The position numbers and the translations under genes are program-made. The notes below the pieces were generated by a model. The model saw nothing but the letters and a program-made list of their open reading frames with translations, was not told the DNA's origin and did no database searches. A stretch of DNA of 64,000 bases from Lama glama. Lineage: Eukaryota. The stretch spans positions 33,172,001 through 33,236,000 of the forward strand of contig CM052816.1 of the NCBI GenBank assembly GCA_028534125.1, in the 5' to 3' direction. This document shows, piece by piece, positions 13,448 through 24,848 of this stretch (position 1 is the first letter of the stretch; the number at the start of each line of letters is the position of its first letter).

Positions 13448-15561
13448 TAATTTCTTTATCAAGTTACCCATCAATAGACACTTAAGTTGTTTCCGTACCT
13501 TAGCTATTGTAAATAATTCCGCTATAAACATGGATATACAGATAACTTTTCAAATTAGTGTTTCTGTTTTCTTTGGATAAATACCCAGAAGAGAAATTGC
13601 TGGGTCATATGGTAGTTTTATTTTTAATTTTTTGAGGAACTAACATATTGTTTCCCACAGTGGCTGCACCAGCTTACATTCTCACCAACAGTGCATGAGG
13701 GTTTGCTTTTCTCCATATCCTTGTCAACACATGTTATTTCTAGTCTTTTTGATAATAGCCATTCCAACAGGTGTAATGTGGTATCTCATTGTCGTTTTGA
13801 TTTGCATTTCCCTGATAATTAATGATGTTGAAAACCTTTTCATCTACATGTACGTCTTCTTTGGAAAAATGTCTGTTCAGATCTTCCACCCATTTTAAAA
13901 CTCAAGTTGTTTGTTGTTTTGCTCTTAGGTTATATGAGTTCTTTATATATTTTGAATATTAGTTTCTTATCAAACATATGATTTGCAAGTATCTTCTCCC
14001 ATTTGGTAGGTTGCTTTCTCATTTTGTTGATGGTTTCCTTTGCTGTGCAGAAGCTTTTAGCTTGATAGAGTCACTTACTTATTTTTGCTTTTGTTGCTTT
14101 TGGTGTCAATTCAAAAAATCATCACCAAAAACTATGTCAAGAAGGTTACTACTTATGTTTTCTTCTAGTTTTGTGGTTTCGGGTCTTATATTCAAGCCTT
14201 CAATTTATTTTGAGTTAATTTTTGTGTATGATGTAGGATAGTGGTCCAGTTTCATTCTTTTGCATGTGGCCATCCAATTTTCCCAACACCATTTATCAAA
14301 GAGACTGTACTTTTCCCATTATTCTTGGCCCCTGTTGTAAATTAATGACCATAGTGCATGGGTTGACTTCTGGGCTCTGTATTCTGTTTCATCAATCTCT
14401 GTGTCTGTTTTTATGCCAATAAGATTGTTTTAATTACTAGAGCTTTGTAATAGAGTTTGAGATCAGGGAGCATGCTGCCTCTAGCTTTGTTCTTTCTCAA
14501 GATTTCTTTAGCTCTTTGAGGTCTTTCATGGTCCCCCCAAAATTTTAAGAGTTTTTTATTTTATTTCTGTGAAAAATGCCATTGAATTTGATAGGGATTG
14601 CATCGAATCTGTAGATTGCTTTGGGTAGCATGGTCATTTTAAAAATATTAATTCTTCCAATCATGAGCATGGACCATCTTTCCATTTATGTTTATCTTCT
14701 TCATCTCTTTCATTAATGTCTTATAGTTTTCAATATACAGGTCTTTCATTTCATTGGTTAAATTTAACTGTAGATATTCTATTCTTTTTGGTACAATTTT
14801 AGATAGGATTGTTTTCTTAATTTCTCCTGATAGTTCATTACTAGTGTATAGAAATGCAACAGGTTTTTGTGTATTGATTTTGTATCCTGCACCTTTACCG
14901 AATTCACTTATTAGCTCCTACAGTTTTTTGATGGAGTCTTGAGGATTTTCCTACATATGATATCATTAAATTGCAAATAGCGACAGTTTTATTTCTTTGT
15001 TTCCAATTTGGATTTCTTTTATTTATTTTTCTTGTCTCATTGCTCTGGCTAGAACTTCCAATACTATACTGAATAAAAGTAGTGAGAGTGGGCATCCTTG
15101 TCTTGTTCTGGATCTTAGTGGAAAAGCTTATAGCTTTTCACTATTAAGTATGACAAGCTGTGGGCTTGTCATATATGACCTTTATTACACTGAGGTAAGT
15201 TCCCTCTATACCCACTTTGTTGAGAGTTTGTATAATAAACGGATGTTGAATTTTATCAGAACTGTTTCTGCATCTACTGAGATGATCATATGATTTTTAT
15301 CCTGCATTTTGTCAATGTGATAATTACACTGACTGATTTGTGGACGCGGAACCACCTTTGCATCTCTGGGGTAAATCCCACTTGATCATAGTATATTATC
15401 CTATTAATGTATTGCTAAACTTGGTTTACTAATATTTTGTTGAGAATTTCTACATCTATGTTCATCAGGGATATTGCCTGAACTTTTCTTTTCTTGAGGC
15501 ATTCTTGTCTGGTTTTGGTTTCAGAGTAATGCTGGCCTTGTAAAATGAGTTTGGAATAGTT
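13175..15561 (-). mobile_element. L1 (L1MA-like) ORF2 3' half plus 3' UTR, degenerate; non-inverted part
   Basis: Antisense L1 RT-region motifs (attgctctggctagaacttccaatactatactgaataaaagtagtgagagtgggcatccttg); ORF 15415..15618 resembles ORF2 (ISLMNIDVEILNKIL). Confidence 0.93.
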
Positions 15562-17765
15562 CTGGTTCAAGATAGTGATGTAAGAAAATCCTGGAATCAC
15601 CTCCTTCCATGAACACACTGAGTCTATAGCTACATATAGAACAATTTCCTCTTAGAAAAACCTAAAACCTGGCTAAGTGACAAATACATATTGGGCAAAT
15701 GAGAAGAAAACCACATCCAGGAGGGTAGAAGAGGCTGGCACACAATCTCACTATGAACCCCACCCCCAGTGTGGCATCCCACGACCAGGAGGGAACTCAG
15801 AAACTGAAGCTTATTCCTGAGGAACAAAGGGTTTGGACAATACATTGGACATCCCAGCTTCTGGGACATACACTTGAGAAACAAGGCCCCAACCCAGCCG
15901 GCTTTGAAAACATAAAACATGGGAATGGAGAGTAATAATGTTGAGCTTTACAATGGGATCAAACTTAAGTTATTATCAACTTAAAATAGGCTGTTACAGA
16001 TATAAGTTGTTCTATATAAGACTCCTGGTAACTATAAAGCAAAAACATGTAGTAAATACACAAAAGATAAAGAGAAGGAAATATAAGCATACCACTCAAG
16101 AAAAGTCATCAAGTCACAAAGGAAGTGAGCAAGAGAAAAAGAAACGAACAGAGAGGAACTACAAAACAGCCAGAAAATAATTAACAAAATGAAAATAATT
16201 ATCCATAATTAATTTAAATATAAATGGACTAAATTCTCCAAAGAGACACAGTGGCTGAATGGCTAAAAAAGCAAGATCTATCTATACACTGCCTACAAGA
16301 GACTCACTTTAGGTTTAAAAATACACAGAGACTGAAAGTGAAAGGATGGAAAAAGATATTTCATGTAAATAGAATCCAAAAGAAAGCTGGAGTAGCTATA
16401 CTTATATCAGACAAAATAAACTTTAAAACAAAGATGGTAATAAGAGACAAAGAAGGGTATTACATAATGATAGAAAGGTCCATCCAATAAGAAGATATAA
16501 CATTTGTAAATATTTATGTACCCAATATATGAGCACCTAAATGTATAAGGCAAAAATTAACAGACCTAAAAAGAGAACTAGACAATAATACAATAATAAC
16601 AGGGGACTTTAATACCCCACTTACGTCAATGGATAGATCATTCAGACAGGAAATCAATAAGGCAACACTTGCCTTAAATGACATGTTAGACCAGATGGAC
16701 TTAATATCCATGTGATTCTGTAAGATATTTACAGAATAGTCCATCCAAAAGTGACAGAATACACATTCTTTGCAAATGCACGTGGAACTCCCAAGGTAGA
16801 CCATATATTAGGCCACAAAACAAGCCTTAATAAATTTAAGAGGATTGAAATCATACCAATCATCTTTTCCAACCACAATGGTATAAACAAGAAATTAATT
16901 ATATGAAGAAAATTGGAAAATTCACAAATATGTGGAGATTAAACAACATGATACTGAACAACCAATGGGTCAAAAAAGAAATCAGAAGAGAAATTTAAAA
17001 AAACCTTGAGATGGGGGAGGATATAGCTCAAGTGGTAGAACGCACGTTTAGCATCCACAAGGTCCTGAGTTCAATCCCCAGTACATCCTCTAAAAAATAA
17101 ATAAGTAAGTAAACCTAGTCACCTCTCCCTCAAAAACAAAAAATATACCAAAATTTATGGGATGCAGCAAAAGCAGATCTAAGAGGGAAGTTCATAGTGA
17201 TAAATATGTTCCTCAAGAAATAAGAAAAGTATCAAATAAGCAACCTAACTTTATCCTTGAAGGAACTAGAAAAGGAAGAACAAATGAAGCCCAAAGTTAG
17301 TAGAAGGGAGGAACTAACAAGCATTGAAGTAGAAATGAAACAGGGACTAAAAAGACAATAGAAAAAATCAATAACACTAAGAGCTGGTTCTTTGAAAAGA
17401 TAAACAAAACTGACAAATTTTAGCTAGATTTACCAGGAAAAAGAAGAGAAAGAATACAAATGAATAAAATCAGAAATGAAGAAGGAGATATTAAACTCAT
17501 ACCACGGAACTACAAAGAATCATAGGAGACTGCTGTGAACAACTGTACACCAAGATATTGGACAACCTAGAAGAAATGAATAAATTCCTAGAAACACAGA
17601 ACCTATCATGACTGAATCATGATGAAACAGAAAACCTGAACAGACCAATTACTTGTAAAGAGATTAAATCAGTACTCTAAAACCAGATGGGCTTGAATGG
17701 CGAATTCTGCCAAACGTTCAAAGAAGAATTAATACCAATCCTTCTCAAACTTTTCTTAAAAAATA
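15562..17765 (+). mobile_element. L1 5' UTR, inter-ORF and ORF2 5' half (endonuclease); inverted part of the same element
   Basis: ORF 16251..16490 AEWLKKQDLSIHCLQETH...GWKKIFH...KKAGVAILISDK is the L1 endonuclease; the piece ends at aataccaatccttctcaaact, just upstream in ORF2 of where the minus-strand piece begins. Confidence 0.9.
17013..17142 (+). mobile_element. Vic-1-type SINE nested in L1 ORF2
   Basis: gggggaggatatagctcaagtggtaga...gagttcaatccccagtac...aaacctagtcacctctccctcaaaaac. Confidence 0.92.
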
Positions 17766-19712
17766 GACTAAAAATTTTAAACTTTTCCCCTTCTCTATTA
17801 TAAAAACCATAAATGCTGATTCTAGGTGGTTTTGAAGATACAGAAAATATAGAGGAAAAAAACGGTACCAATAATACTTTTTCTATTTCTGAGAATCCTA
17901 AGGCAGCTGGAAACTCATTCAAGTCTCCAGCTGTCACTCTGAGCTGCTATTTTACAAATATTCATTTCCTGAATTTCACCCTACCCCCTTAGCTCATTAG
18001 AAAAGGAAAATAAAAGTTGACGACTATATACTTTGTAGAGGATATTGGCACCACTTTTATATCTCACATTTAGATAAATAAGGTGTAGAGGGTAGGAAAA
18101 AGTGGGTCCTTCTCACCACAAATCCTAGTCAACAAATGCTATCTGTAATATATTATAGGGGCAGTGCTTGAAGAGATGGATAAACTTTGAGTAATTCACA
18201 CAATAGATACGCTCAAACTGAATTTTCAACCTCAGAACAAAACCTGCCTGGAAAAGAATTCTGGTTGTCCCGGTTGCCTAAGTTTCTCTTAATGTATTTC
18301 TAATGACCCAAATCCAAGTTTGAAGTAAAAAATTCTTCCCCTTCTGGACCTTAGCCATTCTTCTTCTCATATTATTCCTTGGACTTCCCTGAAAAGTCTT
18401 TTGTTGCTGTCTTAGGCAATCACCCAGAATCGTAAGTGCTGTAGGCCCAGGAAAACTTCAATCTCAGTGATAATCTTGAATATGTTATTGAACAACTAAA
18501 AGCCATTTACTTAATGGAAAGCATTACAATGCATGATACCATTCCAATCAAGGTTTAATTCATTTGAAGGCAGATTTTCAACTTTTAAGAGCATACGCCT
18601 GTGTTTTACTTATAAAAGGAGCCACTACAGTTAAATTCCACAGAAATTTTAAAACATCCATCTATAGCCAACCCTGATATCGTTTTACCACTCTGATACT
18701 GGTTACCTTTCTGGATTCTTTGGTAATATTTTTAGCCAACAGGGTCTAACAGAGACATGATCTTAATGTCCTGAACTCTGGAAAGCTGTGGTGAAACTGG
18801 GAATTTGGACAGCATTCTAAAAAGGTAACCTGAGATGCCTCTTGGTGTGTGTGTGGGGAGGGGGAAGACAAAGAGCAAATACATGAATTAGGGTTTCATT
18901 TACACCTCTGGTTATAAAATAGATGTTTTGTCTTGATTAAAACCATTAGTGAGCACAAGTGGGGAAAATGTGCTTGAATGTGATATGGTTTGGATTTCTC
19001 ACATCTAACCATTACTCAGAACTAGGGACATGAGTACTATGGGCACACAGAAGAACCCAGACAGAACCAGGACTGTTTGGTTAAAGGTTCTATCTGGTTT
19101 CATAGTAAAGGGGAAGTTATGATTGTTACAGAAATCACCATATTGTATTTACGTGTAGTTTCAGTGCTATATTGAGTTTATAATGAATTTTCTATGGTTT
19201 TTACTACAAAGTATGGGCTCAGTCATTCTCAACACTCTTCTTGTCATCTTCATAAATTCCTATGCTAATGAACCCCTTTAAGTATTGTTAAACAGAAGAT
19301 ACCTAAATTGGGGTGGATTGTATCAGACTGTTTAGAATTCAGATTCTGTAAATCGTCCCTCATTGCAGGATTGTCTTAATAAGGCCTATTTCTATAATGA
19401 AATGAAAATTTAATCTCCTAGAATTTCTTGTAAGGAAAGTTCCTTTGACAGGAACACTTCAAAACCATGAGAGGTGAAAGCATAAGATGCGAAGGACATG
19501 TTTAGTAACAAAAGATGGTTTATAAACTACAACGGATTAGGAGAGCACTTTCCAACCCTCCTAAGGAGGAGGACACAGAGAAGAGTGAGCAAGGTACTGC
19601 TGGGGAGGAGGGTATAGTACAGAGAGAGAAAGGCCTCAGATCTTGGACTGGGAGGGTCTCTAGAGAACAGAGGTATCTAATACAGACTTATGCTCCTTGT
19701 TTAACAAGACGG

Positions 19713-19755
19713 GTGTGTGTGTGTGTGTGTGTTGTGTGTGTGTGTGTGTGTGTGT
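19713..19755. repeat. (GT)n microsatellite, one interruption
   Basis: Read directly. Confidence 0.95.
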
Positions 19756-20865
19756 TGGAGAGGGCGGTGATATAGATCTCCTCCATGTCCTCACCCCTTA
19801 CTAAAATCAATATTGTTCACCAGTTCTTTTGTGTTCATAGATTCTTCCCTCTGGGCTCCAAATCTGGGTTGCAATGGGGCAAAATCAGAGATGGCACAAA
19901 CAGACACTGAAACTGAAGGACAAAGGGGCAGTTGACATTTGAGTTATTATAATATGGCTACTGCTACTGCTAATAATAATTATTATTTTAATATGAAGCA
20001 TACTGACATCTGTAAACAAGAAAATCTAATAACTAAAATTATTCATCTCAATAGAAGTGTAATTGACACCATAATTCACAGATCTGCTGATCTTTTTTGT
20101 GCCTTAGTGGCAACGTTTACTTCTTGAGCTTATGCGAAGGCCAGTGTTACAAACAAGGAGTGCCTTCCCCCTCCCCTGAGAGAAACAAATGGCACCATCA
20201 GTAATAGCTAGGGGAGGGTCAGGCTTAAAAAAGGGGCTGGCTATCTAAGGAATAGAAGAGATGGTACAGGCAAGGCCCTGCCATCAGCATCCAACACCTA
20301 ATAAACACTTAAGAAATGTGACCACTTATTAGTAGTAGTAGGGACACATAAGTCCTTCTACCTGCTTATGTCTCTAAAAGGAAGGTTTTGCCCTTATCTT
20401 TGACACAGGGTCTATTACTTCAAAGACCAAGGGAGACAGGACTGAGCAAGAGATCACGCCTCTGACTCTGAAGAATCTATCGACAAGTTGACGTGGGGTC
20501 CACCTCTGTTCCCAACTAGCTTCTTTTTCTCTCCACCTTTAAGTCTGGCTGAAGAAAGCCTACAGCATTTTTGGCAAATAGATTGAGGCCTCTGGGTTCC
20601 AAATGCATCTTTGATAGATGCCTCTAACTGCATCAAAGTGGCAGGTGCATTTCTCTCGGCATTTAATGCTAATCTCCCCTGTCATCTAGGCATAAATAAC
20701 TACATAACCATGTCAGGAGGCCCCAACACAAATACACCAGAAGTCTTAATTATTCTCCAATGACAATGTCTTATAAAAAGTCAGAGAAATGAAAACCCAA
20801 ACAGTGACTCTGTGTGGGGACTCACGCTATCCTCAAAACAGCCAGGGCATTGTTTTTGTCCTGTG

Positions 20866-21194
20866 TCAGGCGGGGAGCCTGGAGGAGGTGATCAGTCTCC
20901 TCTTCTGTCCACTTGGACAGAACCTGAATACCCTAACCTAACTATGGACGCTTCCTGGGCCGCCTACCTCATTCGATAGTGTTGCTTGGTGAGTTGGTCC
21001 GTCCCTCCACTGAGTCCAGTTGGGGCACAACTGCGCAGAGGACTGAATCACCTCCACAAAGGACGACCCGGAACATTGTCGGGTGGCATGCCTCCTCGTT
21101 TGCTTTTGGCGCTCCCGACCTCCAGGCGGTTACTCCGCCGTCCAGGTGGCTCAAGGAGCCGGTGTGGTTGGAATCTCGTTGAGGCCTCCAGAAA
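20866..21194 (-). mobile_element. ERV internal leader with tRNA-Thr primer-binding site (21173-21190) and candidate splice donor
   Basis: TGGAGGCCTCAACGAGAT lies 4 nt after the LTR end; it is 16/18 identical to the complement of the tRNA-Thr(TGT) 3' end as I recall it. CpG-rich; GAG|GTAGGC at 20968/20967. Confidence 0.8.
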
Positions 21195-21782
21195 TGTTGC
21201 GGAAAAATGTGTTACAGCTTGGTGTTACAGCTCGGTGTTACAACTCAGTTGTGACAGCAACCTGGATCCAAGCGAGAGACCAAGCAGCACGCAGAGAGTA
21301 GGAGAACTCAAGTTTATTACGCCAGCTGGCCCAAAGGAGTTAACACTTCAAGCTCTGGAACCCGTCTGTAGGTTTACACAGACCTTTTATAGGCTGCCAG
21401 TTTTACACTTTGCAACATCATATGCAAATAAAGTATAACAGAAGTTGACCAACCAGGAACAAGCTTTGTAGAAATAGACCAATCAGGAGTGCACTCCATG
21501 CAAATGAAGTACTACAAATGGACCAGTCAGAAGTTACAGAATTGGGCCAATCAGAAGTGAGAGTAATAACCAATCAGGAGTGAGAGTAATAACCAATCAG
21601 GAGTGAAGGAAATAACCAATCAGAAGTAAGCTCAGGGAGCCAATAGAATTCTAGGTGTAAGTTAGACGCTTTAGAGGCAAAAAGTGAGATAAAGCCTCTG
21701 GGCCACGGAACTAGACGGTGCTGGGAGAGCAGTGGCCCTGCCTAGGGGTCCTGCCGGTCTTTTTATGGGGCTTCCCGCCTCA
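21195..21782 (-). mobile_element. ERV1-type (gammaretrovirus-like) 5' LTR, 588 bp
   Basis: TG...CA termini on the minus strand, CCAAT repeat array in U3, TATAAAA (21391-21385), AATAAA (21318-21313), 13 bp tandem repeats in U5, adjacent PBS. Confidence 0.88.
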
Positions 21783-21934
21783 AAGGAACAAGATCAAGAT
21801 CCCATACCTAGTTTGGGTGCATGAGACAGCACTGCACCCTAGGGTTGGTCCAGAGAAGGGATGATTTCATAATGGAACTGCCTGCAGCATTGCTCCATCC
21901 TCTGGGGGCACATGAATGATAACTGTAAGCTCAA

Positions 21935-22150
21935 GCTGCAGAAGCAGAAAAGCCTGGGTTCAAATCTCAGCCTGCTGCATCCTCACTGTTTCACCCCATG
22001 CAACCCCTCTAATCCTCAAGTTCTTCATCTGTAAACAGGGATCATAACCATGCACATGGCATAAGGTTCTTGTAAGAATTAAGCAAGATATCTATGCAAA
22101 GCACTTAACACGATATAGAGTATACAGTGAATGCTCAACAAATATTAGCA
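21935..22150 (+). mobile_element. MIR
   Basis: cctgggttcaaatctcagc...cctcaagttcttcatctgtaaacaggga...aaagcacttaac. Confidence 0.8.
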
Positions 22151-22401
22151 ACACCGAGAGAAATGCAGACAGAGCTCCATGTTGCATCCTACTGCAGAGC
22201 ACAGGCTGCTATGAGGGTCCAGGTGTCCTTCCGCTCACCCAGGACCTGGTTGGGTGAGTCCAAAGAAGAGTATCTAATCTCCCTCCTTTGTTTAAGAGCA
22301 AACATAGAGGACAAACACTTAAAATAAAGAAACACAATTGCTTTAGATTTCACAAATTCAAAAACAAACCCTGTAAGTTCATTCAACATACAACATTTAT
22401 A

Positions 22402-22870
22402 CAGGCACACCTTGTTTCCTTGTGCTTTTGCTTTACTGCCCTTCAAAGATACTGCATTTCTTAACAAATTGAAGGTTTGTGGCAACAAGCCTATATGCAC
22501 CATTTTCCCAGCAGCATTTGCTCATTTCATTTCTATACGTCACATTTTGGCAATTCTTGCAATATTTCAAACTTTTAAATTATTCTTATATCTGTTATGG
22601 TGATCTGGGATCAGTTATCTTTGATGTTACTACTTTGACTTGCTGAAGGCTCAGGTGATGGTTAGCATTTTTTAGCAATAAAGTGTTTTTTAGTTAAGGT
22701 ATGTACTTTTTTTTGGACATAATACTATGGCACACTTAATAGACCACAGTAAAGTATAAACATAACTTTGATATACAATGAGAAACCAAAACATTCATGT
22801 GACTTGCTTTATTTCAGTATTTGCTTTATTGCAGTGGTTTTGGAACTGCAGTATCTCTGAGATATGCCTA
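22402..22870 (+). mobile_element. Non-autonomous Tigger1 derivative (Tc1/mariner DNA transposon)
   Basis: TIR-like ends caggcacacctt... and ...gagatatgcct(a), flanked by TA; internal aaattgaaggtttgtggcaac typical of Tigger1. Confidence 0.88.
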
Positions 22871-24644
22871 TAAATCCAGGGACTGACATAATCCGATTTC
22901 AGAAGGTTAGCCTTTTCAAAGCAACAGCCCAACAACCAAAAATAATTAAAAATAAATCAAATACTTTATTTAGGTTCTTCAGAGTCTATCAAAGGCAGAT
23001 TCATAAATTATCCACTGACGTATTTCTCAGTGTCCCTTTGCTTTCCTCTTGAACTTCAACACACTCTACTGCACTGCACTATACCCCAGCTGCACTGGAA
23101 CTTCTCTCTTCACTGCCCCAGAGCTCTGTACCCACAGGGCTCTGCTATCTCTCCATCCCCTCATCCCAGTGTGGCTCTTTACAGGTCAGCTTTGCCTCTC
23201 CCAGGGAGCAGGACTCTATCCTGCTTAGAAGTGGGCAGGAGAGGTAAAGCTGAGCTGAAACGTGATTCTCTTTAGTGGGCACGGGGAAGGGGGCAGATCT
23301 GCAGAATCACGTATATGGGTTTTGCCTCTGCACAAGCGAAATACAAGAATATCTCACTGTACCTCTCTTCTTCCTCATTCTTAATTCATGACTTTATTCA
23401 CAAAGATAGAAAACTTCACTACTCTAAATTAGGAATGTATGTTTCCTATCTTTCCTTTGTCTTGTCTTTAAAAAAGAAAAAGGTCATTAAAAATGTTAAT
23501 GTAAATCTGTTACTAAAACCCCACCGAGAAAAATCACTGAAGAAAGATGGAAAAGAAACTACAAGGAATGACAGCCAAGGTGCTGCCAAGCAGCTGATCT
23601 ATTTTCATAAAACACTTCATACATAAATGGCATTTGTCTAATGTAAAAGAGACTTCCTTCCCCTCCCCCAACACAGGAAGGGCAGAGAAATGTAGAACAG
23701 CGGTAACTGTCAGGTGTCTAGATATGGGGCCACTGCCCTCTAGTGTGTACTTTAAAATTTGCAAAATACCTTTATCCTGGTAAATCAGAGATCTTTACTC
23801 CAAAGACATAGAAAACGGAATAAAAGATGAACCCTTCTTGAACTATCTAACAGAATCACTTAAAAATAATGTAAATGATTAAGAGAGTGAGATTTGATGG
23901 CTTCCTGCCACCTTACTATCTGTTCCCACACTCTTATCAGGGTCTTTCTGGGCCAACAGATTGCCAAAAGCACAGAAGAGATATTAAAAATATTTGACAA
24001 ATGGTGTGGCACAGCCATCAGCATCCAGAACAGATGCCTGCAAGACGCCAGCTGGCAGGGGTGCAGGGGTCCCTGCAGGGCCAGCATTCACCCTTTAAGA
24101 GATTGGATCATGGGAGAGCCCAGGATTCCTGGGAGAGGGCATCAGGTAGCCAGGAAAGGAGGAGGCCTGGCCCAGAAGAATTACGCCAATATTTGAACAA
24201 ATGGTTGTCTGTACTAGAGTGTTCTGGCTGAACATTAGCTCATAAAAGAGATTAGATTACATCAGAGCAACAACCCAGTACCACCTAGTAGGGCAGAAGA
24301 GTGACCCAAAGTCCAATAACAAAGACCCCAAGGAGAGATGAGGGGGGCCCTGGTCTCCCACAAGCAGCTGTTTCTTCTCCTACCAATGACAAGAGACATC
24401 GCCCAGTGCAGGACACAGGCACGGTGGTGTCAGTGCTGGGCTGTCAGGACACTGCCCTCTAGTCTCTGTTCTCTTTCTTCCTGTGTAATATTAAGCAGAT
24501 GGTTTGATCTGGGCCTCCATTCCCCCATTTTTAAACTAAGAATTTAGACCTAGGTATTTTTTAAGGGCCCTTTTGTCTCCAGGTAGAAATTATCCATTTT
24601 CATGATCTGGTATTTCCAAATAAATTCTATGTACCACATTATTT

Positions 24645-24848
24645 ATCATAAATTTATTGAAGTATAGTCAGTTATAATGTGTCAATTCCTGGTGTAAAGC
24701 ATGTTTCAGTTATACATATATATACATATACTCATTTTCATATTTTTCATTATAGGTTACTACAAGATACTGAATATAGTTCCCTGTGCTATACAGAAGA
24801 AACTTGTTGTTTTATATATAGTAGTTAGTATTTGCAAATCTTGAACTC
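24645..24848 (-). mobile_element. Young-type L1 3' end
   Basis: tttattgaagtatagtcagtt...atagttccctgtgctatacag; matches in-window copies at 43895 and 48140. Confidence 0.88.

Noticed and set aside
16190..17765. Active L1 ORF2
   Set aside because: Multiple stops and frameshifts, a SINE insertion, an inversion and no ORF1.
20969..21438. Overlapping 61-150 aa ORFs in the ERV leader and LTR
   Set aside because: No gag, pol or env motifs; expected by chance in GC-rich sequence; the longest is antisense to the element.
21547..21627. 23 bp periodic repeats as a CRISPR-like array
   Set aside because: Contiguous tandem units without unique spacers, inside an LTR U3.
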